This document shows positions 35,626 to 47,339 of a stretch of DNA of 64,000 bases, piece after piece. The notes under the pieces are model-generated. The model ran no database searches and was not told the origin of the DNA. It saw only the letters and a list, made by a program, of their open reading frames with translations. Made by a program: the position numbers and the translations under genes. The DNA is from Hydractinia symbiolongicarpus (Eukaryota), in NCBI RefSeq assembly GCF_029227915.1, contig NC_079879.1, forward strand, positions 27,443,095 to 27,507,094. Reading direction: 5' to 3'. How positions within the stretch are numbered: position 1 is the first letter of the stretch; each line of letters begins with the position of its first letter.

Positions 35626-35919
35626 CTAAAGTATTGGTATAAATTTCTATATATATATTATTGCTACAACGCCATTAGTGAATTTCTGCAGTATATATTG
35701 GTAACCATAACAATTCTTTTTAAATAATGAATAAAAACAAATGGCATATTAAAATGTAACAAAATAAAAATATTTTAACCCCTGGGCTTTCAAGGACAAG
35801 ACCAAAAAAGTTGTCTGTCTGCCTGTCATGCTACCAATTTGCATGAAAAACAGACAGACAGACAGACTAATATATATTCACATAGGATAATATAATGTAA
35901 TGTAAAAGGCAATACTGAC

Positions 35920-35971
35920 TAGATCGGAAAGAATGAGCTAATTCTTCTCCTGGATACAATGGAAAGGGTTC
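35920..35971 (-). CDS. MVP: major vault protein, exon 4
   Basis: Product EPFPLYPGEELAHSFRS. Compare human DPFPLYPGEVLEKDITP. Confidence 0.85.
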
Positions 35972-36244
35972 CTAAAAATAATGTAATAATATAAAAGTTT
36001 AAGTGTTTGTTCAAATTTTAAAGCAAATAAATAGTTTTATAGCAAACAAACTCAAGTGTTTTTCTTTTTCCTTAGACTCTCTCTGATTTTGTGTACTTCA
36101 CAAATTTTGCAGATTTTTAATAACAATTGTATAACGTTTTTTAGTTCTTTTATGAAACAAAAGATGTTTTGAAAGGTACCATTTGCTGTTGTAAATGTTG
36201 TTTTAGCAATTCTGACTACCAAATAAATAATTTTTATAACGTAC

Positions 36245-36311
36245 CTGATGAAACCTAACTTCCTCCTGCCCAAATTTTAACTCTGCTTGTTGTTCATATG
36301 GTACAGGCAAT
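36245..36311 (-). CDS. MVP: major vault protein, exon 3
   Basis: Product KLPVPYEQQAELKFGQEEVRFHQ. Donor is gtacgt. Confidence 0.7.
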
Positions 36312-36383
36312 CTATAAATTTATTTGTAAAATGAAGACAAACAAAACTGGTTGTAGAAGCAAATCATAATAATTTTAACTTAC

Positions 36384-36517
36384 TTAGCTGGACTTATGAT
36401 TTTACAGTAGTGACCAGGAGGTATAACAATAAATGGTGAAGGACCATAAACAACAATTTGGTTTTCTTGTAATATTAAACTTTTTGGGCCAGTTTCCAGA
36501 TATGTGATGTTTGTGTT
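36384..36517 (-). CDS. MVP: major vault protein, exon 2
   Basis: Product NTNITYLETGPKSLILQENQIVVYGPSPFIVIPPGHYCKIISPA. Compare human [44 protein letters not shown]. Confidence 0.85.
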
Positions 36518-37674
36518 CTAAATAACAAAGTTACAATTTTTAATAAAAGAGTTGCAGAAGTAGAAAGAGTGTCTATAAACCAGGATTTTATTTGCAACTT
36601 AAATATTGTATTTAATGATATACAAACCTTTTACTTTAATATAGATAATAGTAGCAAAACATTTGTTAATTTGTACGCTAAGTTATGCACTCTTGGATAA
36701 AAATGATTTTAGTTATATAATTTTTATATTTTATATTATTTTTTAATTTGTATATACTTAATAAAGGAAACACCAACTTTTCATAAATTTTTCTCTTGTT
36801 AAAGCATCTGGGTTCCCATTTTTATAGTCAACACAAAATAAATACCATTCACGGCACTGTGAGGCACTTACTCTCTCATTTAATGATGTACACCATTTCT
36901 ATAAATAAATCCCTAATAAAAAACATTGCTTGAATAAGCGAGAAAAAAATCTTTGGACCACTGCTTCACAATCTTCTCCAGACCTATGTTTTCCCAATTT
37001 TTGATTTTTCCTGCAAGGGTGATTCAATTTTTCCAGACTTTATTATGATAGATTTGAGGAGATTTTATTACAAATTTTGTATATACCTATACACAAGCAA
37101 AGAAGGGCCTAAAATAGTATTGGGCTGACTTATATTAATTTAGCAGCATATCTTGCTTATTCTTTCCCAGTCCAAAACCTAGTTGGTGAAATTGTACCTT
37201 TGATAGCAAAATTGTTACATGTATCATTCTGGGTCCTTTCCAAGGTAGCTCATATTAAAGTTTATATATACTCAATTGCCAATGTCCCACAGTGTTAATC
37301 TTGAAAATAAGCAACAAGAGGGCAGCACAACGCCAAGCGCAACGTAATTGCTAACTCTTTTCTTTTAAAGTGGCAAATTGTACGCCATACATCCAACAGT
37401 AGCTTAATTTATTTCCATAGTCTGCTTAAATCAGCCTGATTATTTAAAAAAATTGGTCCAATTTCATTAAGTAAGTATGTGTGTACCTCTCTGTGTGGCT
37501 GAATTTGCTCTGTGGAACATATTACGTATCATTTATTTTTATCAATATACCTAGTTAGCTACCTAGAGCAAGTTAAACATACTTTTAGCTAGCTAAGAAT
37601 TTTTCAAAAATTTTCATTTTCCCTGATTACAAGATGCAAAGAAATAGTTTTGCATAGTATCAAGTAATTCTTAC

Positions 37675-37731
37675 CAAGTTTAATATGTGAGCAAACTCTA
37701 GAGGTTTTAGTCTAATAATATTTCCAGCCAT
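37675..37731 (-). CDS. MVP: major vault protein, exon 1. The start codon is the reverse complement of 37729–37731.
   Basis: Product MAGNIIRLKPLEFAHILNL, donor gtaaga. Compare human [21 protein letters not shown]. The 28 exons sum to 2550 nt, giving 849 aa, and all phases are consistent. Confidence 0.8.
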
Positions 37732-37903
37732 TTTGCCACAGCAGATCCTTTCGTCAAGGAAAATAACAGTTCAAGCCAAACCCAATGAATAGTGGTGCAA
37801 TAGTAAAAAATGCAAGCGAAAGCTAAATAGTAAAACAAACTCTCCTTCGTAGTGTTTTTATCTAAAAATAATAATAATAACAAAAATAATAAAAATAAAA
37901 CAA

Positions 37904-39327
37904 TAAAACAAACCGAAGTGGCTACAAGTACGTGACCGTATTTTAATTTTTTTTTGCTACAAGTACGTGAATGCGTAAAATGCTGGTAAGCGTACATAAA
38001 ATCACCAGTGACGCCCTTTGTGCGTGGCGTGGAGAATATTGCAGAAGGTGCAAAATAGCATTCCTCGTGAGTTATTTACAAGTGAAAGAATTGCTGTTAA
38101 TTAAAAAAATTAATTTATTAAAAATGAATGTTGGTAGTTTTCTAGTTTTTGACGAATTGCTAAAGGCTATTAACGAGCATGAAAAGTCAACTTTTACACA
38201 ACTGTATGTAAGGAGTTCAAGATCAGTAGAAAGTGGAGCAAAAAGAGCTAGCAAAAAAGTTTTTAAGGAAGAGTTGAAGTACGCAGACTACGCTTGCATT
38301 CATGGGGGGAAAGAATTTAAATCAGCTTCTACTGGAAAGCGCAAACATAATGCGCAAGTTTTTTTTATATATATTGCTATCGGTTTTTTTATATATATTG
38401 CTATCGGTATGCACAAAAAAAAATCCGACCGTATATCATACTTGCGGCGAGTCAAATATTCCGTTTTTTCTTACAGGAATGTTTTGATGAAAACCTTTCG
38501 CTGCAGGCATCACAAATGTTAAAAGTGAAAGCCAAAAAAATAAATTCAAAACCATATTTCCAATCTGTGTGGGAAAAATGTTATCTTGAAAGACCTTCAT
38601 AACATGAGCTCAAAAAACAACGAGAGTGGCTGAAATAATGTACAACAGCTACTCGAAGAAATGAAAAGTGTGCCAGGTAAATTTGAATGAAAGTGAGTGT
38701 AGTTACTATTCTTCCATAATAAAAAATTCCGATGCGAAAATAAATGTAAGATAATAACTAACAAATTTTCTTTAGGGGCAACTGTGGTAGCTGGAGACGT
38801 AATCTTTATTTCAATCGTCACAGCGACGAAACAATTAAAAAAACATCATCTGGCACATTACTTTCATCACAATTAGACACATGCATGCAGTGGCTGTGTT
38901 CTTCATTGCCCACATTAACGCTGAACTATTTGACATAGGTACACATATTTTCGTTGCAGCCTCCATGTTCTTTTTTTTGACTAATATGAGCATCATATCT
39001 TCTTGATAATATTCTTAACATGACCGTACCCTGAAAACATATAATCAGCCTTGTAACATACGTAGTCAAAGTTGTAGAGATGTAAATAAAAGCTCCTAGT
39101 TCAGAGAACCCTAAAAAGAAAATATCTTTTCATCGTCAACTCTCAAACCAACCCGCTGGCCAAGCGACTTCTAGAAAAAAGAAATACGTGAGTGCCGTAC
39201 TTCCAACAAATGAAAGTAAAAATACGTAAATGCCGTACTTCTAGCAAAAAATAGTAAAAATACGTGAATGCCGTACTTCTAGCAAAAAAAAAGTAAAAAA
39301 TACGGTCACGTACTTGTAGCCACTTCG
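37904..39327. mobile_element. Non-autonomous Mutator-like (MULE) element, 1424 bp. It has ~75-bp TIRs with sub-terminal repeats and a perfect 9-bp target-site duplication aaaacaaac.
   Basis: Left terminus cgaagtggctacaagtacgtgaccgtatttt... equals the reverse complement of the right terminus ...aaaatacggtcacgtacttgtagccacttcg. The direct repeat aaaacaaac is present at 37895–37903 and 39328–39336. The sub-terminal motif atacgtgaatgccgtacttctagc is iterated three times. The internal ORF resembles a FAR1/MULE DNA-binding domain. Confidence 0.65.
37971..38522 (+). pseudogene. Remnant N-terminal FAR1/MULE-type transposase DNA-binding domain. It is interrupted by a 24-bp tandem duplication and a frameshift.
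   Basis: The segment MNVGSFLVFDELLKAINEHEKSTFTQLYVRSSRSVESG...KEELKYADYACIHGGKEFKSASTGKRKHNAQ fits the FAR1 DNA-binding pattern F.s.eea..fY..yA..gF.vr..s......f.C..eG......gkRk. The sequence ttttttatatatattgctatcggt occurs twice in tandem at about 38355–38405. Confidence 0.4.
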
Positions 39328-39340
39328 AAAACAAACAAAC

Positions 39341-39511
39341 ATGGCAACCACACAGCTGCTTGCTAAAGTAGGAAAAGATTTAGTTTATCCCTACTTTTCC
39401 AGAAAAAAAGAAGGGGAATGGGATAATAATTTTGTTTTTATACAAGCTGCAGATACACAATTTGGACTTATTGATAATTGGGCTGGAAATCCTATCGAAA
39501 CTAGAAATTAA
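39341..39511 (+). pseudogene. CPPED1: CPPED1-like paralog A, first-exon homology. An in-frame TAA at 39509–39511 precedes any usable GT donor.
   Basis: ATG at 39341. Product MATTQLLAKVGKDLVYPYFSRKKEGEWDNNFVFIQAADTQFGLIDNWAGNPIETRN* aligns to paralog B residues 1–50 (KEGEWKGNFTFIQGADTQFGLIDRWFLKNPIENNVW). Homology then jumps to 42533, and no canonical donor avoids the stop. Confidence 0.5.
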
Positions 39512-42500
39512 AAAAGGTTGCGAAGCATTTCGCAAGTTGCAAGCAAAATTAAACTATCCAATACTTTGTCCCTAGCGCTTCTTGTTTCTTTGGCGCTAAC
39601 ATCTTCCGAAATACATCAAAATTGAATGTCATATAGAAGAACCCTGGGGACGAGGTAGGAAAATGAACGCTCTGCGGAACAATTCGTTGCTCAAAAACAG
39701 TTTTTTTTGCGAATAGACTGCGCGAGTATTTGATGTGCGTGGGATATTCTTTTCAAAATGTGCGAGAAAATTAGATTACGCGAAACTAACAAAAACGAAT
39801 AACGCGTGTTAAAATTTTGTACCGCCTTTTCCCACAGAATGGTAAAAGTAAAGAGCGCAATACAAAATTACACTTTTACCAGTATTCCGAAAGATATGTG
39901 ATACATCGAGTTGTACAACCCGCAGAAGTTGGTCCTAACGTTAACGATTTCGTAAATGACCTCACAACAAAACAGTATTTTTTTCACGTAAAAATACCGG
40001 CAGTAGAAGCCACAGAATCTCCTGGAACGAATTTCGAAAACTCACGGGAAACAATTAAAACAAAAACAAACAAATCAAAACAGTTTTTTAACTTTATCAA
40101 GATTTATTAAATAGCTTCAAATTTGGGCAGAAAAACAATAACGGATTCGCCTTCTTTTCACCACACGCATTAGAAGATTACATCACTCACTCCCATTGTA
40201 CACAATCTAAAAGAAAAAGAAAACATTTTCATATAGTGAAGCTTCCAGTGCCTTTAAGGGATGGCCAAGTCAATGGAATTGAAAGAACTGTTTTTCATCT
40301 TATAAATAATTAAGGCTAATTCGGAAAAGTATAAAAGAAAAAAATTAAACAATTTGGCAACTTTACTAATTTTATACGCAAAGTTCCAACCATACCAACA
40401 GTTTCCAAATCTGACAAAATCATTTTAGAAGTGTTTATTTTTTCAGAATTTGATTGATGCAAGGCCAAGGGAAATTAAATAAGTTTATTGTCCTAGACCC
40501 ATTTAAAAACATATGCTTCTCATCATTCAGTTTTTTTTCAACCAACATTAATGTAATCACCCAGAGGAAATTATAATGTCTCTTGTGTGTGTTTTAGAAG
40601 CTGAGTACACAAATACACAAATATTACAAGTGCTGAACTTTGGCAATCATATTTTGCAATCAGACCCTTTTAAAAACTATGCTGAACCATGTCAATTATT
40701 AAATTCAGCACTAATAGAAAAGCACCTTGGATAGGATTCTTTGTTGGGCGAATAAAATGACTGACAAATGGTTTATCGTGAATGAAATAGTAATTTTTAC
40801 ACAAATAATTTAAAAAATAATGAACTTTGTTATGTGGGTTGTTCTCAAACACACGTGGGCGGTGGACAAAAAACTGTGATGTAATTTCTCTTGGTCTATT
40901 ATTCCTGAGAATATTCTAAAATAAGAGGGTGTCAATAAGCTGCAAACAGCCACATATATAAGGGCGAGTTCGGGCAACTTTTCCAATTAAATTAGTGATT
41001 GTCTTCCAAAACCGCCCGCACTTTCCCGAACTTGCCTGGAGCATTTTTAAAATTCAATTCCTTGTAACATACCTTGTGGACGATATTTGGAAAAAGATGC
41101 TTTAAGAGAAAGAAGTTAATAAAAATTAAAAGTTATTTATCAAGTAAATTTTATCAAAAACCATCGAAAACAGTTCTTTTAAGAACTTTATTACCACATA
41201 GTTTACTTTATGGTCTATGCAGGTTTTTTCGGGTGAATACTTCAATTTTTTTGCAAAACGCTAAACTTGCCCAAAAACGCCTGCACGTTATACGGCGTAT
41301 GCAGCTTATCAGCACCCTTGTTCTAAAATTACAAGCAGTTTCGAAGATGCCCAGGCCGTTTAGAGGACGTGGTGCGGATTGGGCATCCTTGAAGTTCTGT
41401 TTAATGACAGTTTTAATGTTTTAATGTCGTTTTAAACCTTGTTCTCAGGGAGGGTGTACGGAAACTAATTCCTATTGACAATTACATTGCTGTTGGTTTG
41501 ATAGCAAAAGTGGATATTTTTTTAATTACTGTAACAGGTTACTTATATAATAAATAAAAAATGATAAAAAACGGTTGGTCAGCTCACTCTAGTGCCCAGA
41601 GCTATTTGTTTTGTCTGCGCCCTAGCTACAGGTTTTCCTATATCTGGCTATCAGTTAGGTAGTAATACAGCTTCTCCATATGATTTCTACAAATTACTTT
41701 CAATTCTTTTATACAAAACTGAGCTCTAGCTAGCTACCTTTCGTGTCATTAAGCCTTACCTTGATTTGGATAAAACCAATTAAAATTGATAATATTGTAT
41801 TCTTACATCTTCTTAGAAACAATAAAATAAAACACAGCTCGGCGCGTTATAATTGTACAAATTACTTCAATTTTTCTTTAGGAAAGGGTACCTTACACAG
41901 GAGCTTTCCAATCCAACTAAAATCTCCAGAAAAAGCACAGCAACAAAAAAGCTTAAAATACACAAGTAAAGTCGATTAGAAACAGGACTAGCAATAAATT
42001 TTTTCAAAAGAAGAAAACCGTTTTAATACTATTATGTTTCATTAAAATACAACTATGATAGTATTAGAAGCAAAATTGCAAAGTAATTGATTAATTATTT
42101 ATACCATAATTAGCTATAATACAAAGAAATAAGGCATATTTTGGGTCTGTAAAATATACGTGTCTAAAATGCCGACTACCGTTTCTTGTTCACGGCATAT
42201 TCCTCTTTGTGTGTTCAAGTTCGGCGGACGTATAATCCGGACCAAAAGACGGGGGGGGGGGGGGTCAAAATCCGGGGGTGGGGGGGTACGAGCCGTACTT
42301 ATTGCATTTTTTACTAAACTTATACTTTAACCCCTCGGTCCAAACTTATTTGCTTTATTAGAAAAAAAAATACCCTAGCTTTATGTGCAAAAATATCAGT
42401 CCTATTTCTTTACGCTGATTTTATATGATTTTTTTTCTATCGAAATTTTGAGAATCTCAATAATTCTCTTGGTATACCTCGCGTGTAGCAAACGTGCTCC

Positions 42501-42532
42501 ACAATTTCGCTTCGCTCGCTTCGCTCGCAAAG

Positions 42533-42845
42533 CTCAATTGCTTCGCAAAAAATGTATGGGATGAAGAAATTAAACTAACAAAACAAGCTATTAATCTTGT
42601 AAATAAAATGTCGCCAAGACCAAAGTTTTTTGTTGTTTCTGGAGACTTAATTGATGCAATGCCAAGAACAATGCATCGGGCAGCACAAGAGGAAGACTTT
42701 AAGAAGATATTCCAAGGTTTGGATTCGGAAATTCCTTTGATTTGTGTCTGTGGAAACCATGATGTTGGAAATAGTCCCACAAAAGAAAGTTTAGAAAGTT
42801 ATCGCAGGCATTTTGGTGACGACTACTTTAGTTTTTGGGTTGGAG
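42533..42845 (+). CDS. CPPED1: CPPED1-like paralog A, exon 2. It carries metallophosphatase motifs II (GDLID) and III (GNHD).
   Basis: Product LNCFAKNVWDEEIKLTKQAINLVNKMSPRPKFFVVSGDLIDAMPRTMHRAAQEEDFKKIFQGLDSEIPLICVCGNHDVGNSPTKESLESYRRHFGDDYFSFWVGG, donor gtaaga at 42846. The acceptor position after caaag at 42532 is tentative. Confidence 0.55.
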
Positions 42846-42927
42846 GTAAGAATTAGTAAACCTGAATATTACTATAAAGCTAATTTTCTTAAATAATTTT
42901 TACAATATTTACTGTTTAGCTAGCTAT

Positions 42928-43558
42928 ATATGCGGCCCAGTCTGATCGATATCCGAAAATGGATATGTCAATTATATCCAAATGTAGATATATGTCCAGA
43001 TTTTGTGAAAAAAGCATAATTTACCTTCTTTCTTCTGACAAACTCTTCTAATATAATATATATCTTAAGCTGGATAAAAATTGTTACAGAATATATCACT
43101 AAAAAGAATATTTTCCAACGCTTCTTTCCAGTTTTCCGCGTGTTCTTAGCTTGTCTCAATCTAACAGAAATGAATTTTGAAGTTAGTTAACAGCGAGCGT
43201 AATATTTTTCAAGTCTTCATTTTACTTGTATTTTATACAAATTAGATTGGTTCCATGGTTTTAAAGGTATACTGTCTCTACTTTTCTGAAAGCTAAGAGT
43301 TTCTTCTTTAACATAGTGTAGGATTAGTGCAGGGACGCTTTTTTGCTCTAAGGTACGTTTTTAGAAAATCAAATACAACAGATTTGTAATATCAAACAGC
43401 TCAACACCCGCCTATTTCCCCGATTATGTTTTATCCTGTTTTGCCTGTTTTTTCTCCAGTCGAGGGATGGCGGGTTAGCTATTTGGCATTGCTGCGCCCA
43501 TTATATCCGAAAGTGAATATATTCAAAACATATCCATTTTCGGATATCGATTAGACTG
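42928..43558. mobile_element. MITE of about 630 bp with 30-bp TIRs (cagtctgatcgatatccgaaaatggatatg). It is embedded in (AGCT)n microsatellite sequence.
   Basis: Left TIR 42928–42957 equals the reverse complement of 43529–43558, apart from one g-to-a change. The element sits between agctagcta tracts. There is no ORF and the target-site duplication is unresolved. Confidence 0.6.
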
Positions 43559-44379
43559 TAGCTAGCTAGCTAATGATACTTAATAAACATGGTATACATG
43601 CTATAGGTGCTTGCATGTAGTTAACTAGATATAAATAGCTAGCTAACTGCATAGAATTTCTAACATTTCTCAATTTTGCAAAATTCTGCAATTTTTTTTT
43701 ATGTGACAGTGTAGTTGGTTTGTTCAGCAAGAAAAACAGCATGTTGTTTTATGTGTGCGAAACCTAAAGTGTAAAATTAAATGCACAAGAAAAGATGCCC
43801 AATAATAAAGGCATAGCAGAAAAGTGGGATGCTGGATGCTGACTGGGACACGGGATGAAGGATGCCAAAAAATCATCCAAATAAAATAATGCAGCGCCAA
43901 TGTTATTTTTTCTTGCCTTTCTTGCCATATTTCAAGCCTGGGGTCAACCTGTCTCTAACCTTATCAAACGTATCTCTACATTGCAAAATAAGGCTGTTTG
44001 ATTGCTAACTTTTTCTCAACCTACTGCTACAACAGATCCTATCTTTTATCAACTTGGTCTTTTAAAATTTTCCGATATTGTACAAATTTCCAACATTCTC
44101 TTTATTAAAAATATTCTCACTGATTCCACTCCTATAGCTCTAACAGAAACCTACGGTATCAAGATCCATCAACATCATTACAATACCAGGAACAAAACTG
44201 TTGAAATGCTTGACCACTTTCTCTCAAACACTACTTACTTTGGTACCAACTCAATTAGATCTCAATGCACTACTTCCTGGAATAATTTACAAAAAGTTAA
44301 CTCTTTATCCTTTATCACATTGTCAAATTCTGTTATAAAATATAAACCCAACAGATTTTTTCTGGACACTTATGAAATG

Positions 44380-44530
44380 ACCCTTCAGTCGTGTGTGTGT
44401 GTGCGTGTTTGTACGTGCTGTATATGTATGTGTCTGTCAACATGGATTGATATCTTAAAGTGTGTGTGTGTTTGTTTGTGTGTGTTTTCTTCGTCCTATT
44501 ATTATTATTATTTTTACTCTTTGGTTTGTA
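44380..44530. repeat. (TG)n and GT-rich microsatellite, plus (ATT)n
   Basis: Runs gtgtgtgtgtgtgcgtgtttgtacgtg...gtgtgtgtgtgtttgtttgtgtgtg and attattattattattttt. This is a possible LINE 3' tail following ORF 44002–44400. Confidence 0.8.
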
Positions 44531-44739
44531 TGGGGAAAATGGAATAGTATTTTCCCTCCCTATACACTTTACCCTTGTTACTCCCCCATTTGGTGGCCTT
44601 CACGGTACTATTAGCTTTGCTATGGTGTTGTTCCCCAGCCATTGAACATAACTATGTATTTATATAATGGATTATACCTACTGTAATTTCAACAAATAAA
44701 TAAATTGAATTGAATTGAAATAGTACGATGGACACGAAG

Positions 44740-45000
44740 GGTCAAAATTTCCACTAATTGTTTTCAACTTTTCCGATATTTGTTTCAACTTTTCCGATAT
44801 TTTTTCTAAGATTTTTTTATTAAGAATTTTTTTTCTGAGAACTTTTTTTGAGAATTTTTTTTCTAGGAATTTTTTTCTAAGAACTTTTTTTTAAGAATTT
44901 TTTCCTAAGAACTTTTTTCTAATAACATTTTTCGGAGAATTTTTTTCTGATAAGTTTTTTGAAAGAACTTTTTTCTGAGAATTTCTTTTCTAATAAGTTT
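44740..45000. repeat. Minisatellite array A with units of about 13–23 bp (ttttccgatatt..ttcaactt and agaattttttttct). It is the inverted partner of array B.
   Basis: The array is the reverse complement of the ggaaaagttgaaaaaaatatc units at 48600–48880. Confidence 0.7.
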
Positions 45001-45039
45001 TTATGGGTTTTACCACTTGCAACTTGTATCACGAAGAAG

Positions 45040-45990
45040 AACATGGATGCTTTAATTAAGCAGTACGTCAGTGATGGTTTTACATATCTGGAGATAATTG
45101 AACTCCTAAAACATCGACATGAATAATAAATAAGTTTATCTATACGGAAATGAAGATTGAGACGTTTAGGAATAAAAAAAGAGCACTTCAAAATGTTCGT
45201 AGTCCGATACAAGATGTTAAGATTGCTGTCCCGCAAGAATTATCATGTAGTGGATCTGATATAGGTTATCGATGAGTGTATCGTTCTCTAGTTTCTCAAG
45301 GCCTCATATGTCGACAAGTAGATGTTCGAAGAATTATTAAAAGTATTGATCCCGACGGTGTAGCTAGGAGACAGCGTAGAAAATTGCATAGGAGAAAGTA
45401 TATATCCCAAGGACCGAGCTTTGTTTGGCACATTGATGAACACGATAAACTTAAACATTTGGATTCAGCATACATGGATGTCTTGATGGATTCTCAAGAA
45501 AGGTAATGTGGCTCGAAGTTGGACCTACAAATAAAATGCCGGAAATTGTGGCAAAGTATTACCTTGACACAGTTGGAAAATTGGTGGTATTCCAATGCAG
45601 ATCAAAGCTGATGATGGTACAGAGCATGCTTTGATTGAACCTCGACGCTGGCGATGGAGAGGTGATGGAATCATTTAGTATCATAACATCACCTCAAAGC
45701 CAAAGGATAAAAGCTTACTGGTCTATCTTACAGAGGGACAGAATAGGATGGTGGCGAAGATTCTTAAGAGACATTTCTTACATGGATTTGTTTTCAAATG
45801 ATGACCCGGTTTTAGTTGATTGTATTAGATTTTGTTTCTTGCAATTAGTTCGTAATGATCTTAATTCAATCAGGACTTAGTGGAATTCGCACATAATCTC
45901 AAAAAGTTGCAACGCTGGACCACGGGGAAGACCAGACAGTATGTTTTACTTGTCCCACCTTTTTGAAGCTGAAAACATGATCATTAAAGT
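45040..45990 (+). pseudogene. Frameshifted integrase-like (DDE/rve-core) gene fragments of an unclassified animal TE family
   Basis: Fragments MDALIKQYVSDGFTYLEIIELLKHRHE*, ...RRQRRKLHRRKYISQGPSFVWHIDEHDKL..., ...WLEVGPTNKMPEIVAKYYLDTVGKL / GGIPMQIKADDGTEHALIEP, and ...AYWSILQRDRIGWWRRFLRDISYMDLFSNDDPVLVDCIRFCFLQLVRNDLNSIRT.WNSH. These span three frames and contain stops. Confidence 0.55.
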
Positions 45991-46593
45991 AGGTGCAGCG
46001 AAAATAAATGAATTTTATTTGGATGTCACAGCTAATTTTTTAGATTATTCTTAAGAATTTCAAGATTTTGCTACCACAGTTATGCATGAAGAAGGCAAAG
46101 GCTTGCCTCAAAATCCAACAGAAGCTTTAGACTTATATTTATTTCTACTTCAGAAAATTAATGAATGTTCTTAGATTTTTTTTGAATACAAAATAGCATA
46201 TTGAATCAGTTGAAAAGTATATTATCCTAACTCACCATCAATAATATACAATAACAACAGAGTATCTAACATAATAACAACTTTTAAACCCTGTGAAATT
46301 AACATAAAGTACAAATATGATGGCAATCATTCAAAAAAGTCACATTTCAAAAAACATAAATAAAAAAAGTCAAAAGATCATTGAGACTGTCTGATGATTA
46401 TGAGAATGTCTATAATTGAGTATCTTCCTTTATTATACAGTGCACCTTAACAAATTCTTCCCTCAATTCGCAGAAGTTATTATAAGTTGCAGGTAGTTCC
46501 GAAGTAGGACTGCATGTATGTGCAATTGGGCGTCTCCCAAAGTCAGATGTTGGTAAATAGAAAGTCACTTTAATTTCAATAACACTAATCAGG

Positions 46594-47315
46594 TCAGAAC
46601 CTGTTGCATTGCAACAATTTCTTTAAGAGTATTACTTGAAGGCCTTTAACAAACCGTTTAAAATATGCAAAAGCTTCCTTTTCTGCTTCAGTGACAGGAC
46701 TTGCTGAAAATAAACTAAGCACTTTTTTGGTGGTTGGTTCAATATCTGCATATAAATGTTCAATAGCCCTTGTATCTGGAAATTTATTTTTCAAGACAAT
46801 AAATACTTCCCTCCAGCACGAGGCCATGATATGCGGCTTTTGAATTAATTCCTGTCGTGCAATTTCACATATCACTGCATGGACATTCTCCTTACGTACT
46901 AAAGTACGACATTTAAAAACCTCAAGAAAACCTTTTAAATCTTCATTTTCCTCAAAATGTCCATTAAAACTTGGAGATAATATGTTATTAATTAATTTAA
47001 CCTCATCATCAAAAGCATGTTTCTTGAAGGAATCAATTAGTTCATCATCATTCACACACCCAAACATACAATATAGGTTATGAAACATCGACTAAGAACT
47101 GTAGGAAAATAGCCAACGTCAATATAATCCTTTGCTAGGATCATTCCAATTGCCAGCCACTCTGCAAGGTACATGTCATGCCTAACAAATGGCACGCGTT
47201 CTGCCTCACAAATCAAAAAACTGTTCGAAACTTCCTGCCAAAATGCAGTATATACGTCTCGCTTAATGCCGCTTCCAACTCCAATTTCTTCCTTTCCACG
47301 GGGATCAATAAACAC
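46594..47315 (-). CDS. HECT-domain protein, G2E3-like, no catalytic Cys motif seen. The C-terminal part is encoded in two frame-shifted segments.
   Basis: Segment 47052–47315 encodes DPRGKEEIGVGSGIKRDVYTAFWQEVSNSFLICEAERVPFVRHDMYLAEWLAIGMILAKDYIDVGYFPTVLS, which matches the HECT N-lobe pattern. Segment 46594–47088 encodes ...NDDELIDSFKKHAFDDEVKLINNILSPSF...IMASCWREVFIVLKNKFPDTRAIEHLYADIEP.... The two are out of frame relative to each other, which implies an intron or a frameshift. Confidence 0.45.
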
Positions 47316-47339
47316 ATAATTTCGTCTGCAATATTTACC

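Noticed and set aside
41074-41424. Plus-strand 116-aa ORF in the CPPED1-A first intron region
   Set aside because: No recognisable domain. It is basic and low-complexity and lacks flanking splice support, so it is not reported as a gene.
42230-42300. G14 and G7 runs as a telomeric or functional G-quadruplex element
   Set aside because: It is not a telomere-type repeat. It is an isolated homopolymer-like tract that resembles the G-rich motif family near 580–735, and it is noted only within the satellite finding.
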